DNA of 29,403 nt from a virus. Lineage: Duplodnaviria; Caudoviricetes. The DNA lies in IMG/VR virus record IMGVR_UViG_3300020159_003530, positions 1 through 29,403 of that record; one strand, written 5' to 3'. The first letter of the stretch is position 1. Each line of letters begins with the position of its first letter. Of this stretch, positions 17,789 to 25,647 are shown in pieces. The notes under the pieces were generated by a model. It did no database searches and had not been told where the DNA came from. It worked only from the letters and a program-made list of their open reading frames with translations. Position numbers and translations under genes: made by a program.

Positions 17789-18671
17789 ACGCAATATAAT
17801 ATCTAGGGCTATTTAATAATGCAACTCTTTTGATGAATATCTCGACTGGCCCAGATGATTAGATCGCAAGCCCGGCCAGCAGCTGAAGAAAAAGAACCCC
17901 GGCCGGCAGAAAAAGAAAAACAATCTCGACTGGCCGTCATCCGCCACCGTCAAAAGAAGAAGACAGCTCGACAGTCCCGTCTTCCCCCTGGACGAAGGAA
18001 CGGGGCTCTGGCCCAGGCTGTTTAATTCTGTGAGAAAACTAGCTCTTCGCGTTCGAGAAGCTGACCTGGGGGCAAAAATTAGATTGCAATTGCTGCGCCT
18101 GGTGAAATGATTGCAATTTTCGAGCAAACTGGGGGCCAGGAATTGCATTTTGGGCAGAGCTTCGCTGCAAATGTGTGTAGTTGCCGGCAATATTACTGTG
18201 AAAAAACGAAAACAACAACCTTGTAGCTTGGAAAAAACATATGCACGTGGCCGTGCATGTTAAAAAAATGCAACCCAGATGACGTATTGCGGGCGATGCG
18301 CTCGGTAGTCCCGTATGTTTTATCTTTGTTCTGCCGGGCCCAGACGCGTTGGAATAAGTAAGTACCTTCTTGGCGACTTTGATTGTTTTGATGCGTGCTG
18401 AAACCCTTGCAGAATAAGGACTTCAAAAAACTCGCTTTTCCAGTAAAATTTTTGACTTTTGAAAACTGACTTCACCACCCCTGGGTAAAGAAAAAACAAA
18501 CTGCCGCTGCCTGGCGCTGTGGAAAAACTCCGATGTCGCGCTGAACTCATCCGCCGCCGTCACAAAAAAGACGGATGGTGGCCAGCCCCGTTGTGTTTGT
18601 TTTGTGCAGCTGTGCAAACTGATTAGCCGGGAGAAGACGGGACTCTTTAGCAAGGCGAAGTCACATCATTC

Positions 18672-18726
18672 TCTGCCGGAGGCGAAGCATCAGAAGCGGA
18701 GCGGATGTAGCGGTGCCGTCGGCAGA
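18672..18726. repeat. structured motif H1, copy 1 (stem-GA-GG..AAGC...TGTAGCG..CC-GT-stem)
   Basis: TCTGCCG/CGGCAGA outer stem and GGC/GCC inner stem. Confidence 0.75.
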
Positions 18727-18768
18727 TAATGGGTGCGGAGCCACTAGTGGCGTTTTGCGGGTCTACTT

Positions 18769-18833
18769 GGGACTAGCGAGTCATATATTACAACAAGGCA
18801 CTTGTTGAAGTATATGCGAGCGGGGCTAAGACC
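18769..18833. repeat. 65-bp repeat H2, copy 1, with a GCA-triloop hairpin
   Basis: Near-identical to 20672-20736. Confidence 0.9.
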
Positions 18834-18885
18834 CTAGAAATGCGAGATATTAGATAGCTGCTTTAAGTGGTGAAGCGTCAGCTTT

Positions 18886-19110
18886 CTAGTAGAGACCGAA
18901 CGCCTGACCTTCTTTGTCTAATCCAAACAACGCACCTGCGTCGTTTCCTTCTGTGTCCATTGAAGGATACAAAATTGTTCCGCTTGACAAAACTAAACAA
19001 CTTGGGATTTCGTTTTTACGCCAACCCTCGTTGTTCATTTCCTCTTGTGTCATCGGACGTATAGCAACGATTGTTGCGCCAATAATGCCTGCGTCTATTG
19101 CATTACTCAT
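18886..19110 (-). CDS. conserved phage hypothetical protein
   Basis: IVAIRPMT.EE...EGW...YPSMD.EGN.AGALF; AAGGAG RBS. Confidence 0.8.
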   Translation of the reverse strand: MSNAIDAGIIGATIVAIRPMTQEEMNNEGWRKNEIPSCLVLSSGTILYPSMDTEGNDAGALFGLDKEGQAFGLY

Positions 19111-19295
19111 GTTGTCTCCTTGTCGTCGTATGGCTCATTGAATTCTTCTGCAAGTGGCTTATTGAATTCGTCTGCAAAGATACACGCGTAAACGAGCGCA
19201 CCCCCGATATATACGAATGCGCACACAAGCGCAATAACGCTATGATTCACGACATCCCCCTCAAGCCGCCAAGATAATTCCGATAAGAATTGCAA
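19107..19295 (-). CDS. small membrane protein
   Basis: One TM segment; ATGA overlap with the next gene; start uncertain. Confidence 0.5.
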   Translation of the reverse strand: MQFLSELSWRLEGDVVNHSVIALVCAFVYIGGALVYACIFADEFNKPLAEEFNEPYDDKETT

Positions 19296-19307
19296 AAAGT
19301 ACAGTGA

Positions 19308-19823
19308 TCACCAGATCTTAAACCCTCCGCTATGGCGCAAAAAGAGCGCAAATTCCTGGACGTTCTCAACCGAGAAAGGGTAGTTGGATTCAAACGAATC
19401 AACGACGCCCTCGCCATGGCAACCATTACAAAAACCATGCGTGCGTCCAAGTACCAAAGAAGTTGCCTCATCAAGTTCACGATCATGAAAGCCATGTTCA
19501 AGACCAACAGCGTCAGTGCGAATACCAGTTGCACCGCAATATGTACAGTCCTTGCGAGGAAGGTTTGCAATGCGCTCACGGTAGTCCTCTTCGTGTGACT
19601 TAGTAACACCAAGTTCAATCTCACGAAACAGGATGTCAGCAAGTTGGCTAGCCCCTTCAGCGTTGAGTCCATCTCCGTCATTGAAGTGACCGTCCACATC
19701 AGAACAGAGTTCTGGAGCTGCCGTTTCGCAATAGTCCCACAACGGGCGCCACCACCAAACATTGTTCCTGAAGTACTCACCACACTTTTCCGTGGGGTTC
19801 CTTCCGATTACATCCATACCCAT
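19308..19823 (-). CDS. phage protein (MGMD...YFRNNVWWW family) with a DnaJ-like CxxCxxxG Zn finger
   Basis: CTYCGATG and CNGCHGEG; AAAGGAGG RBS. Confidence 0.8.
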   Translation of the reverse strand: MGMDVIGRNPTEKCGEYFRNNVWWWRPLWDYCETAAPELCSDVDGHFNDGDGLNAEGASQLADILFREIELGVTKSHEEDYRERIANLPRKDCTYCGATGIRTDAVGLEHGFHDRELDEATSLVLGRTHGFCNGCHGEGVVDSFESNYPFSVENVQEFALFLRHSGGFKIW

Positions 19824-19850
19824 AATGCCTCCTTTGTTCGGGTAATGAAG

Positions 19851-19879
19851 ATCATAAAAGCTTTAAATAAAAAAAGCAA
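19851..19879 (-). promoter_or_regulatory. SigA-type promoter TTGCTT-N17-TATGAT
   Basis: Read directly. Confidence 0.65.
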
Positions 19880-19898
19880 CCCAGAGAAAAACTAAAAA

Positions 19899-20324
19899 CT
19901 ACGAGACTGGCCAAAAGTATGGGAGATCATCCTCCACCAACCAATTCCACTGGCCGTAGAAAGCCCGATCTTTACGAAGAAGATTGCTTTGGTGGCTTAG
20001 ATGTACTCGCGAATCTCCCCACCAGGCCGGCAAATCATCAAATTCCGGGCGCGAGACGGCAAGCAGCTTTTCTCTACATGTGTCTTTGTAGCCCCGCCCA
20101 ACCCATTCATCGCAGATTGCAACTCCGTAAGCGATCAGGCCGCCGAGATTGTTTTGCCACATCTTTGTAGCTGGGTGGTTTCGCCATCCATGATTTCTTC
20201 TTCCGGCGACCGGGACAAGCGCTTGAACAATTTGAAGCGTTTCAACTCTTTGTTTTCCGAGGCGCTGGCGGTCAAGAACTCGAGCGCACTGGTCAAAGTG
20301 CTCATAAGGTACGAATGTCTGCAT
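19899..20324 (-). CDS. pyrimidine-dimer DNA glycosylase / endonuclease V-like (MSMEG_6728 family)
   Basis: MQTFVPY...LD..RLGKQRVE..QI, HPATKMW, EW..RGY.D and H.SHQSNLLRKD; GGAGG RBS. Confidence 0.9.
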   Translation of the reverse strand: MQTFVPYEHFDQCARVLDRQRLGKQRVETLQIVQALVPVAGRRNHGWRNHPATKMWQNNLGGLIAYGVAICDEWVGRGYKDTCREKLLAVSRPEFDDLPAWWGDSRVHLSHQSNLLRKDRAFYGQWNWLVEDDLPYFWPVS

Positions 20325-20343
20325 TAGTAAATCCTCCGCAGCT

Positions 20344-20372
20344 ATCATCCACCACCGTAATAATAATGTCAA
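20344..20372 (-). promoter_or_regulatory. promoter TTGACA-N17-GATGAT overlapping a 14-mer repeat copy
   Basis: The repeat at 20345-20358 covers the spacer and -10 box. Confidence 0.55.
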
Positions 20373-20671
20373 CCTGTGACGGGGCTCTTGACCCAGGATG
20401 GCCAGATCAACTCGAAATACCTGCAGCTGCTGAAAAAACGTTCCGCCAGGGAGGCCGGCAGCTGGAAAAAAGAGTTTTATCCTCTCGAGCAGCTCGGATC
20501 TGGCTCTCGAAGGAAAAGTTTTTAACTTTGCACGCGCGCGACCCAGGTAAAGCCGATAACACGAAGCTGGAATGGCCTTGTAGGCATCGTTAGCCCCGTC
20601 TTCGGCTATTACGAAGTATTAGTGATCACCAGGCAGCGCATCAATCTGGAGCTATCTATAAATGACCATGC

Positions 20672-20736
20672 GGGACTCGCGAGTCATATATTGCAACGAG
20701 GCACTTGTTGCGATATATGCGAGCGAGGCTAAGACC
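20672..20736. repeat. 65-bp repeat H2, copy 2
   Basis: CATATATTGCAACGAG-GCA-CTTGTTGCGATATATG hairpin. Confidence 0.9.
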
Positions 20737-20770
20737 TTGCCTGTGTTACGGGATTAGTTCATATCTTTTT

Positions 20771-20835
20771 TACCAGAGGTCAGAAGCGTAAGTAGTGAAG
20801 CACAGCGTAACGGATGTAGCGGTTGACCGTTGGGA
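20771..20835. repeat. structured motif H1, copy 2
   Basis: CCA-GA-GGTCA...TGTAGCG..TGACC-GT-TGG. Confidence 0.75.
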
Positions 20836-20979
20836 ACAAAGAATGACTAAGCCTTCATAAGTTGTTTAGTGAATCATTACGGGACTCATGACCTTCAAAC
20901 AGTTAAACCACATGTCAAACCAGCCCGAGCCTCGAGTTCAGAAATACAAAGCCCTCGTATTTAGAAAAACATTTAAAAG

Positions 20980-21008
20980 TTGACAACAGGAGCCGGCGCA
21001 AGTATATT
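20980..21008 (+). promoter_or_regulatory. SigA-type promoter TTGACA-N17-TATATT
   Basis: Near consensus; drives the whiB-DUF3846-helicase operon. Confidence 0.8.
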
Positions 21009-21037
21009 GATTGAACCTACTAACTAAGGAGCTATAT

Positions 21038-21295
21038 ATGACCTGGCGTCTCGACCGTAACTGCGAAGACAAAGATGTTTCATTTTTCTTTCCGTCCGAC
21101 CGTGGAGGAGTAAAGCGCGCAATCACAGTTTGCAGTGAGTGCAATGTAAGGGCCGAATGTCTTGAATTCGCAATCTGCAATCAAATCACCGACGGTATTT
21201 GGGGTGGAACAACGGAAACGTCTCGTATCAAGCTGATTCGTGAGCGCTTTGGCCGCCTTGGTAATGTTGATTTCAACTACATGGCGGTTAAGTGA
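21038..21295 (+). CDS. whiB: WhiB-family transcription factor
   Basis: W....NC...D..FFFP, CSEC..C and GIWGG; AAGGAG RBS. Confidence 0.92.
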   Translation: MTWRLDRNCEDKDVSFFFPSDRGGVKRAITVCSECNVRAECLEFAICNQITDGIWGGTTETSRIKLIRERFGRLGNVDFNYMAVK

Positions 21296-21354
21296 TGAGC
21301 ATGATTAGCTTGATCTTTGTTGTAGTGCTTGGTGCATTTTTTGGAGCGCAATAA
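21295..21354 (+). CDS. 19-aa hydrophobic micropeptide MSMISLIFVVVLGAFFGAQ
   Basis: TGATG and TAATG overlaps on both sides. Confidence 0.6.
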   Translation: MSMISLIFVVVLGAFFGAQ

Positions 21355-21719
21355 TGTTTGTGACTGGTCTTTATATTGACGGTAACCGCATCACTCGCGT
21401 GCAGGTGGATACAAATAGCAACTCATCAATCTCGGGCATGATTGACGGAGACATTGATGCTGTCACAAGGAAAACTCAAGATGGGCAAATGTTTTCAGTC
21501 TTCGTTAACGACATTGGTCTTTTTAGTAATTTTGAGATGAATCCAATTGCTTCAATCATTGCCGGCAGTTACCTTGTTGGGCCAGCCGTAATAACAGGAA
21601 CCGCGCTGAACGGAGAAACAATTTCAGTACCGCTTTCAGTTATTGCGCACGCAACGCAAATTCTTGAGACCATGGCTCTTCATCAGGCCTTTGGTTCTTC
21701 AGATCAGCTGCCTGTATGA
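21354..21719 (+). CDS. DUF3846-like protein
   Basis: IDG.IDAV, FVND.GL, N.IAS and LVGPAVITG...GE pattern. Confidence 0.75.
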   Translation: MFVTGLYIDGNRITRVQVDTNSNSSISGMIDGDIDAVTRKTQDGQMFSVFVNDIGLFSNFEMNPIASIIAGSYLVGPAVITGTALNGETISVPLSVIAHATQILETMALHQAFGSSDQLPV

Positions 21720-21738
21720 ACGATTGCAACCATCAGTG

Positions 21739-23748
21739 ATGAGATACGACGCATCTGCAGGAAATTTATTCTTCCTCAAAGACATGCTTGTTTTTGAGTT
21801 TGAATATAACGCTGAGCTCGTAGACGAAGTTCGCCGTATACCTGGAGCAAAGTACGATAATAAGTTTAAAGTTTGGCGAGTTCCAGCTACGCAGATAGAT
21901 GCTTCTAGAAGAATTGCGCAAAGGCACAACCTCTTCATGGAGCCAAGCGTCGCTAGATTTGAAGTTCCACGGACAGAGAATGAGTTTATCGGACTGAAGA
22001 GGGATGGAGAATGGGTTTATCTCGGCTTTCTTTACGACCAAGTTAAGGTCAGAAAAGTAAAACAACTTCCTGGCGTTACGTGGCATTCAAAGTCCAAGGC
22101 GTGGAGGGTTCCGGTGACCGCCATCGCAGAAGCTGTTGCATGGGCTGACAATTTTGGTGTACCTGTTGATGATGATGTGCGTGCCGAGGCCGAGGAATTC
22201 ATCCAAAATAGGCGTAAAAAAAACGAAGCATCACGGTCTGTAGACGCCGATGTGAATATACCAAACATGGTTGGAGACCTTTTGCCGTACCAGCGGGCTG
22301 GTGTTGCATACGCAGTTGATGCACGCAGGTGTTTTATCGCTGACGATATGGGTCTCGGCAAAACTGTGCAAGCTCTCGCTGCATTAGAATTTGCTTCCCA
22401 GACAAGCTCAGTATTTCCAGCAGTTGTAATTTGCCCACCAAGCCTGGTGCTTAACTGGAAAAAAGAGATCAACAGATGGTTTCCGCACCGAAGCGTAGAG
22501 GTTGTTACAAACCGACGCAATTTCCCTGGCTCATCCGCCGCCGTCAATTCTAGTGCTAAGAATTACGGGGCTTCTGACTACCTGGTTGTTGGTTATTCAA
22601 ACATTTCCCACTGGGAACAGCTGCTGCTCGGTTTCAACGCGTACGTGTTTGACGAGTCGCATTACGTAAAGACCCCAACAGCACAGAGGACAAAGTCAGC
22701 AATCAAACTTGCCAAGTCATGTCCGAAAACTGGAATGGTTTTGTGCCTGACCGGAACTCCAATCACAAACCGTCCTGCAGAGTATGCATCACAACTGGAA
22801 ATCATTGGTCGGCTCAACTCGCTCGGTGGAAAGTGGGGCTTCTACAGGCGCTACTGCGGTGCTTATCAAGACAAGTGGAAAGTGTGGCACACTGACGGCG
22901 CCACGAATCTTGACGAACTCAACGACACTCTTCGCTCGGTCTGCTATATCCGTCGGACAAAGACACAAGTACTTGACGAGCTCCCAGATGTCAGACATGC
23001 TCCTATTGTTGTTGACGGGACTGCCAGGATCATGCGTGAATACAAGGAAGCTCAAGACGACATTATTGACTACCTGGTCAAGCGCGCTGCAGAGATTGCT
23101 CGCGAGCTCGGAAAATCACCTGGATCCGCAGCTGTTCGCGCCAGGATGAAAGCTGAAGCAAACCAACACCTGGTAAGACTTGCGGTGCTTCGCCGGATTG
23201 CCGCACGTGCAAAAATGGACGCGGTCACCGAATGGGTTGAATCGCGGATCACCGGCGGGCAAAAGGTTGTTATTGCAGCTCACCACCGGGAAATCGTTGA
23301 TGAACTTACGAACAGGTTCGGTGGCCTGAAGATTCAGGGTGGGATGGACGTGTCAGACGTTGAGGAGAACAAGCGCCTTTTCCAGGAAGGTGATGTCACC
23401 GAAGCCCCGTGTATCGTGCTTTCCATCCAAGCAGCTAAGACTGGACACACGCTCACGGCAGCACAAGAAGTTTTGTTCGTTGAGTTACCCTGGACGCCAG
23501 CCGACGTGGATCAGACATACAGTCGTTGCCACAGATTAGGGCAAAAGGGTTCAGTAACTGCAACATATATGATTACCGAAGGTACCGTTGATGAAGAGAT
23601 CTATGAGTTGATCCAAGCAAAGCGCTCAATCATTGACGCAGCTACCGAAGGAACTGAACTTGACGAAGAAGCATCTGGTTCACAGATCGTGATGCGACTG
23701 CTTGAGGCGGGACTTCAGTCCAAGGCTGTCCGCACCTCTAGCAAATAG
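21739..23748 (+). CDS. SNF2-family helicase with two N-terminal HARP-like domains (SMARCAL1-like)
   Basis: ADDMGLGKT, DESH, LTGTP and R.HRLGQ motifs; two F.Y....V..V..LPG..(Y/W)....K.WRVP repeats. Start uncertain. Confidence 0.92.
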   Translation: MRYDASAGNLFFLKDMLVFEFEYNAELVDEVRRIPGAKYDNKFKVWRVPATQIDASRRIAQRHNLFMEPSVARFEVPRTENEFIGLKRDGEWVYLGFLYDQVKVRKVKQLPGVTWHSKSKAWRVPVTAIAEAVAWADNFGVPVDDDVRAEAEEFIQNRRKKNEASRSVDADVNIPNMVGDLLPYQRAGVAYAVDARRCFIADDMGLGKTVQALAALEFASQTSSVFPAVVICPPSLVLNWKKEINRWFPHRSVEVVTNRRNFPGSSAAVNSSAKNYGASDYLVVGYSNISHWEQLLLGFNAYVFDESHYVKTPTAQRTKSAIKLAKSCPKTGMVLCLTGTPITNRPAEYASQLEIIGRLNSLGGKWGFYRRYCGAYQDKWKVWHTDGATNLDELNDTLRSVCYIRRTKTQVLDELPDVRHAPIVVDGTARIMREYKEAQDDIIDYLVKRAAEIARELGKSPGSAAVRARMKAEANQHLVRLAVLRRIAARAKMDAVTEWVESRITGGQKVVIAAHHREIVDELTNRFGGLKIQGGMDVSDVEENKRLFQEGDVTEAPCIVLSIQAAKTGHTLTAAQEVLFVELPWTPADVDQTYSRCHRLGQKGSVTATYMITEGTVDEEIYELIQAKRSIIDAATEGTELDEEASGSQIVMRLLEAGLQSKAVRTSSK

Positions 23749-23945
23749 GTTCCGTTGTCTTTCACCTCAAGCACAGCTGCACCCAGTTCTTCGAGTATCG
23801 CATCCGCAACATCTGCCATCTGCCGCTGGAGTTCGCGCAGTTCGTCTCCAGATACGGATCCAGCATCAGCCAGGTCGAGCAATATATCCGTAATGGTATT
23901 AACTAGCTCTACCCTGGCTTCGTAAATATTTGGCGTTTGGGGCAT
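23715..23945 (-). CDS. acidic hypothetical protein
   Basis: TAATGT 7 nt before the ATG (leaderless). Confidence 0.7.
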   Translation of the reverse strand: MPQTPNIYEARVELVNTITDILLDLADAGSVSGDELRELQRQMADVADAILEELGAAVLEVKDNGTYLLEVRTALD

Positions 23946-24014
23946 GACGTGTACATTAGCAGGTGCTATATTGCTTGACGCGGGAGTCCCGCAATCACGA
24001 AACGAGGTACGAAA

Positions 24015-24467
24015 ATGAGCAAGCCAGTTGCTACGGTAACCGGGAATCTTACGGCAGATCCCGAGATCCGCTTTTTTGATGGTGGAAGTGCGAAGGCATC
24101 TTTCAGTATCGCCGTAAACAGTCAGTGGAAAGATGCGTCAGGGCAAATGCAAGAGCGCACTTCCTACTTTGATGTCGTGGCATGGAAAGCCTTGGCGGAG
24201 GACATCGTGCGTGTCGCCACCAAGGGTGCGCGTGTCACCGTCACCGGCACACTTGAACAGCGTTCATGGGACGACAAAGCCAGTGGTCAGAAGCGCACCA
24301 AGGTGGAAATCGTTGCCGAAGAGGTGGCGGTTTCCGTGCGGAGCATTGAAGAGTTCACACGCAAACAGCGTGTAGAAGGTTCTGATGGAGCCACAAAGAA
24401 GCCTGTAAGGGGCCGTGGCCCAGCGGTTAATCGTCAGGATATCCCCGAGGACGAAGAGCCGTTCTGA
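24015..24467 (+). CDS. ssb: single-stranded DNA-binding protein
   Basis: GNLTADPEIRF, DVVAW..LAE and G.L.QRSWDD motifs; acidic EDEEPF tail. Confidence 0.95.
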   Translation: MSKPVATVTGNLTADPEIRFFDGGSAKASFSIAVNSQWKDASGQMQERTSYFDVVAWKALAEDIVRVATKGARVTVTGTLEQRSWDDKASGQKRTKVEIVAEEVAVSVRSIEEFTRKQRVEGSDGATKKPVRGRGPAVNRQDIPEDEEPF

Positions 24468-24486
24468 TTCTTCCTTGGGCAGGGAG

Positions 24487-24536
24487 AAAAAAGAAGACCC
24501 CACCGTGGAGGGCTACGGTGGGGTCTTTCTTATTTG
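24487..24536. terminator. bidirectional intrinsic terminator
   Basis: AAGACCCCACCGTGG/CTACGGTGGGGTCTT stem with an A-run on the left and a T-rich tract on the right, between convergent genes. Confidence 0.8.
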
Positions 24537-24580
24537 TTATGCGAGCAAGTAGCAAACGAGCAAAAGCAAACCGAGCGTTA

Positions 24581-24877
24581 TCACTTGTCGGTCGCCCAGT
24601 CCCACGAACCATCCATGGAAAGAACCATAATGGGGTCAAGGTTCCGACAGTTGTTCGGGTCGGTGTCGCCATGCACCCAGCGAAATGCAACCACATCCCA
24701 AGTAAAATCCTTGTTGATGACGAGGTCACATTTAGGCTTGGAGTTCTCTGCCAAAAGAGGAGAGTTCTGAAGCACCAAGTAGGTAGCAAGAGCCACCAAG
24801 GCACTCACGCCGAGCCAAAAGGCGATACGGACGGTAGAGCGAATAAGATAGTAAGCAGGGCTGTGATAGTAGGTCAT
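24581..24877 (-). CDS. membrane-anchored hypothetical protein
   Basis: N-terminal TM segment; TAATGT 7 nt before the ATG. Confidence 0.65.
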   Translation of the reverse strand: MTYYHSPAYYLIRSTVRIAFWLGVSALVALATYLVLQNSPLLAENSKPKCDLVINKDFTWDVVAFRWVHGDTDPNNCRNLDPIMVLSMDGSWDWATDK

Positions 24878-24900
24878 GCAAAATACATTAATGAAAGGGT

Positions 24901-25347
24901 GTGACAAGGTCAAGCATTGTTATGGAACCAGTGAACCGCAAGAAAGCACCCCAGCAAGAGATAGTTGAGATTAATAGGGTCGGCTCATGGGGGCGAGTCA
25001 CCTACCAGCACAAACTCTCCTGTGGCCACGTAGAGATCCGGAAGCGGCCCTCATCAGCCCCGAGAATCGCTTGTACGTGGTGTGTCCAGGCTGAACGCAA
25101 AGACGAGGAACTTAGGGCATTGGCGATCCGCGAACCAGAGTCGCTTGAGATCCCAGATGACGACATCAGGCCAGCGGGACTTGAGACAGCCGAAGGAGAA
25201 GCCGTAGCCATCAGAGCTGCAATCGTCCGGGTCTTGGGATGCGCAGCTGAAGCAGTTGACGTAGTTCTCGAAGACAACGATGGAACGCTTGAGGTGTCTG
25301 GAGCTATCGTTTTCCTGGACGCAATCCAGGCACGTAGCTATCTTTAG
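24901..25347 (+). CDS. hypothetical protein with an LSCGH...CxxC Zn motif
   Basis: 148-aa ORF; start is 24901 or 24922. Confidence 0.7.
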   Translation: MTRSSIVMEPVNRKKAPQQEIVEINRVGSWGRVTYQHKLSCGHVEIRKRPSSAPRIACTWCVQAERKDEELRALAIREPESLEIPDDDIRPAGLETAEGEAVAIRAAIVRVLGCAAEAVDVVLEDNDGTLEVSGAIVFLDAIQARSYL

Positions 25348-25389
25348 CTACGGGACTTGCTACCCGAGTAGCGAGTGGTCTTTCTGCGG

Positions 25390-25439
25390 TGCCAGAGGCT
25401 AAGCGTAAGTAGCAGCGCGTATGTAGCGAGCCGTTGGCA
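25390..25439. repeat. structured motif H1, copy 3
   Basis: TGCCA-GA-GGCT-AAGCG...TGTAGCG-AGCC-GT-TGGCA. Confidence 0.78.
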
Positions 25440-25577
25440 GAGCATAAAGGCACGAGCGGTAGTAACATTCTTGAGGAGTTATGAGTTATCACATTGATGG
25501 CACCGGCATCAATAGGGATGCGAATAACGATGTCTACACGGGACTGCTGAGCACTAGAGAAGCATTGTTGTCTTATA

Positions 25578-25647
25578 TGGATAAGAGGCAAAGCGTAAGT
25601 GTGCGTAGCGTATTTAGCGGAGCTACTGTAGCGATGCCGTTTATCCA
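25578..25647. repeat. structured motif H1, copy 4
   Basis: TGGATAA-GA-GGCA-AAGCG...TGTAGCG-A-TGCC-GT-TTATCCA. Confidence 0.78.

Larger units (their letters stand above)
8801..22544 (+). repeat. dispersed asymmetric 14-bp motif TC(A/T)TCC(G/A/T)CC(A/G)CCGT, 12 copies in one orientation
   Basis: Starts at 8801, 9256, 9434, 9977, 10648, 13343, 15101, 16592, 17937, 18547, 20345 and 22531. Confidence 0.93.

Noticed and set aside
17813-18653. ORF-track ORFs 17813..18190, 18193..18426, 18320..18550 and 18423..18653
   Set aside because: Low-complexity Phe/Ser/Lys translations of A-tract DNA, mutually overlapping, with no RBS.
20315-20593. ORF 20315..20593 (+)
   Set aside because: It runs through a promoter and a repeat element on the opposite strand; likely spurious.
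9977-22544. 14-mer repeats as a CRISPR array
   Set aside because: Spacing is 0.6-2.7 kb and irregular, the repeat is too short, and no cas genes are present.
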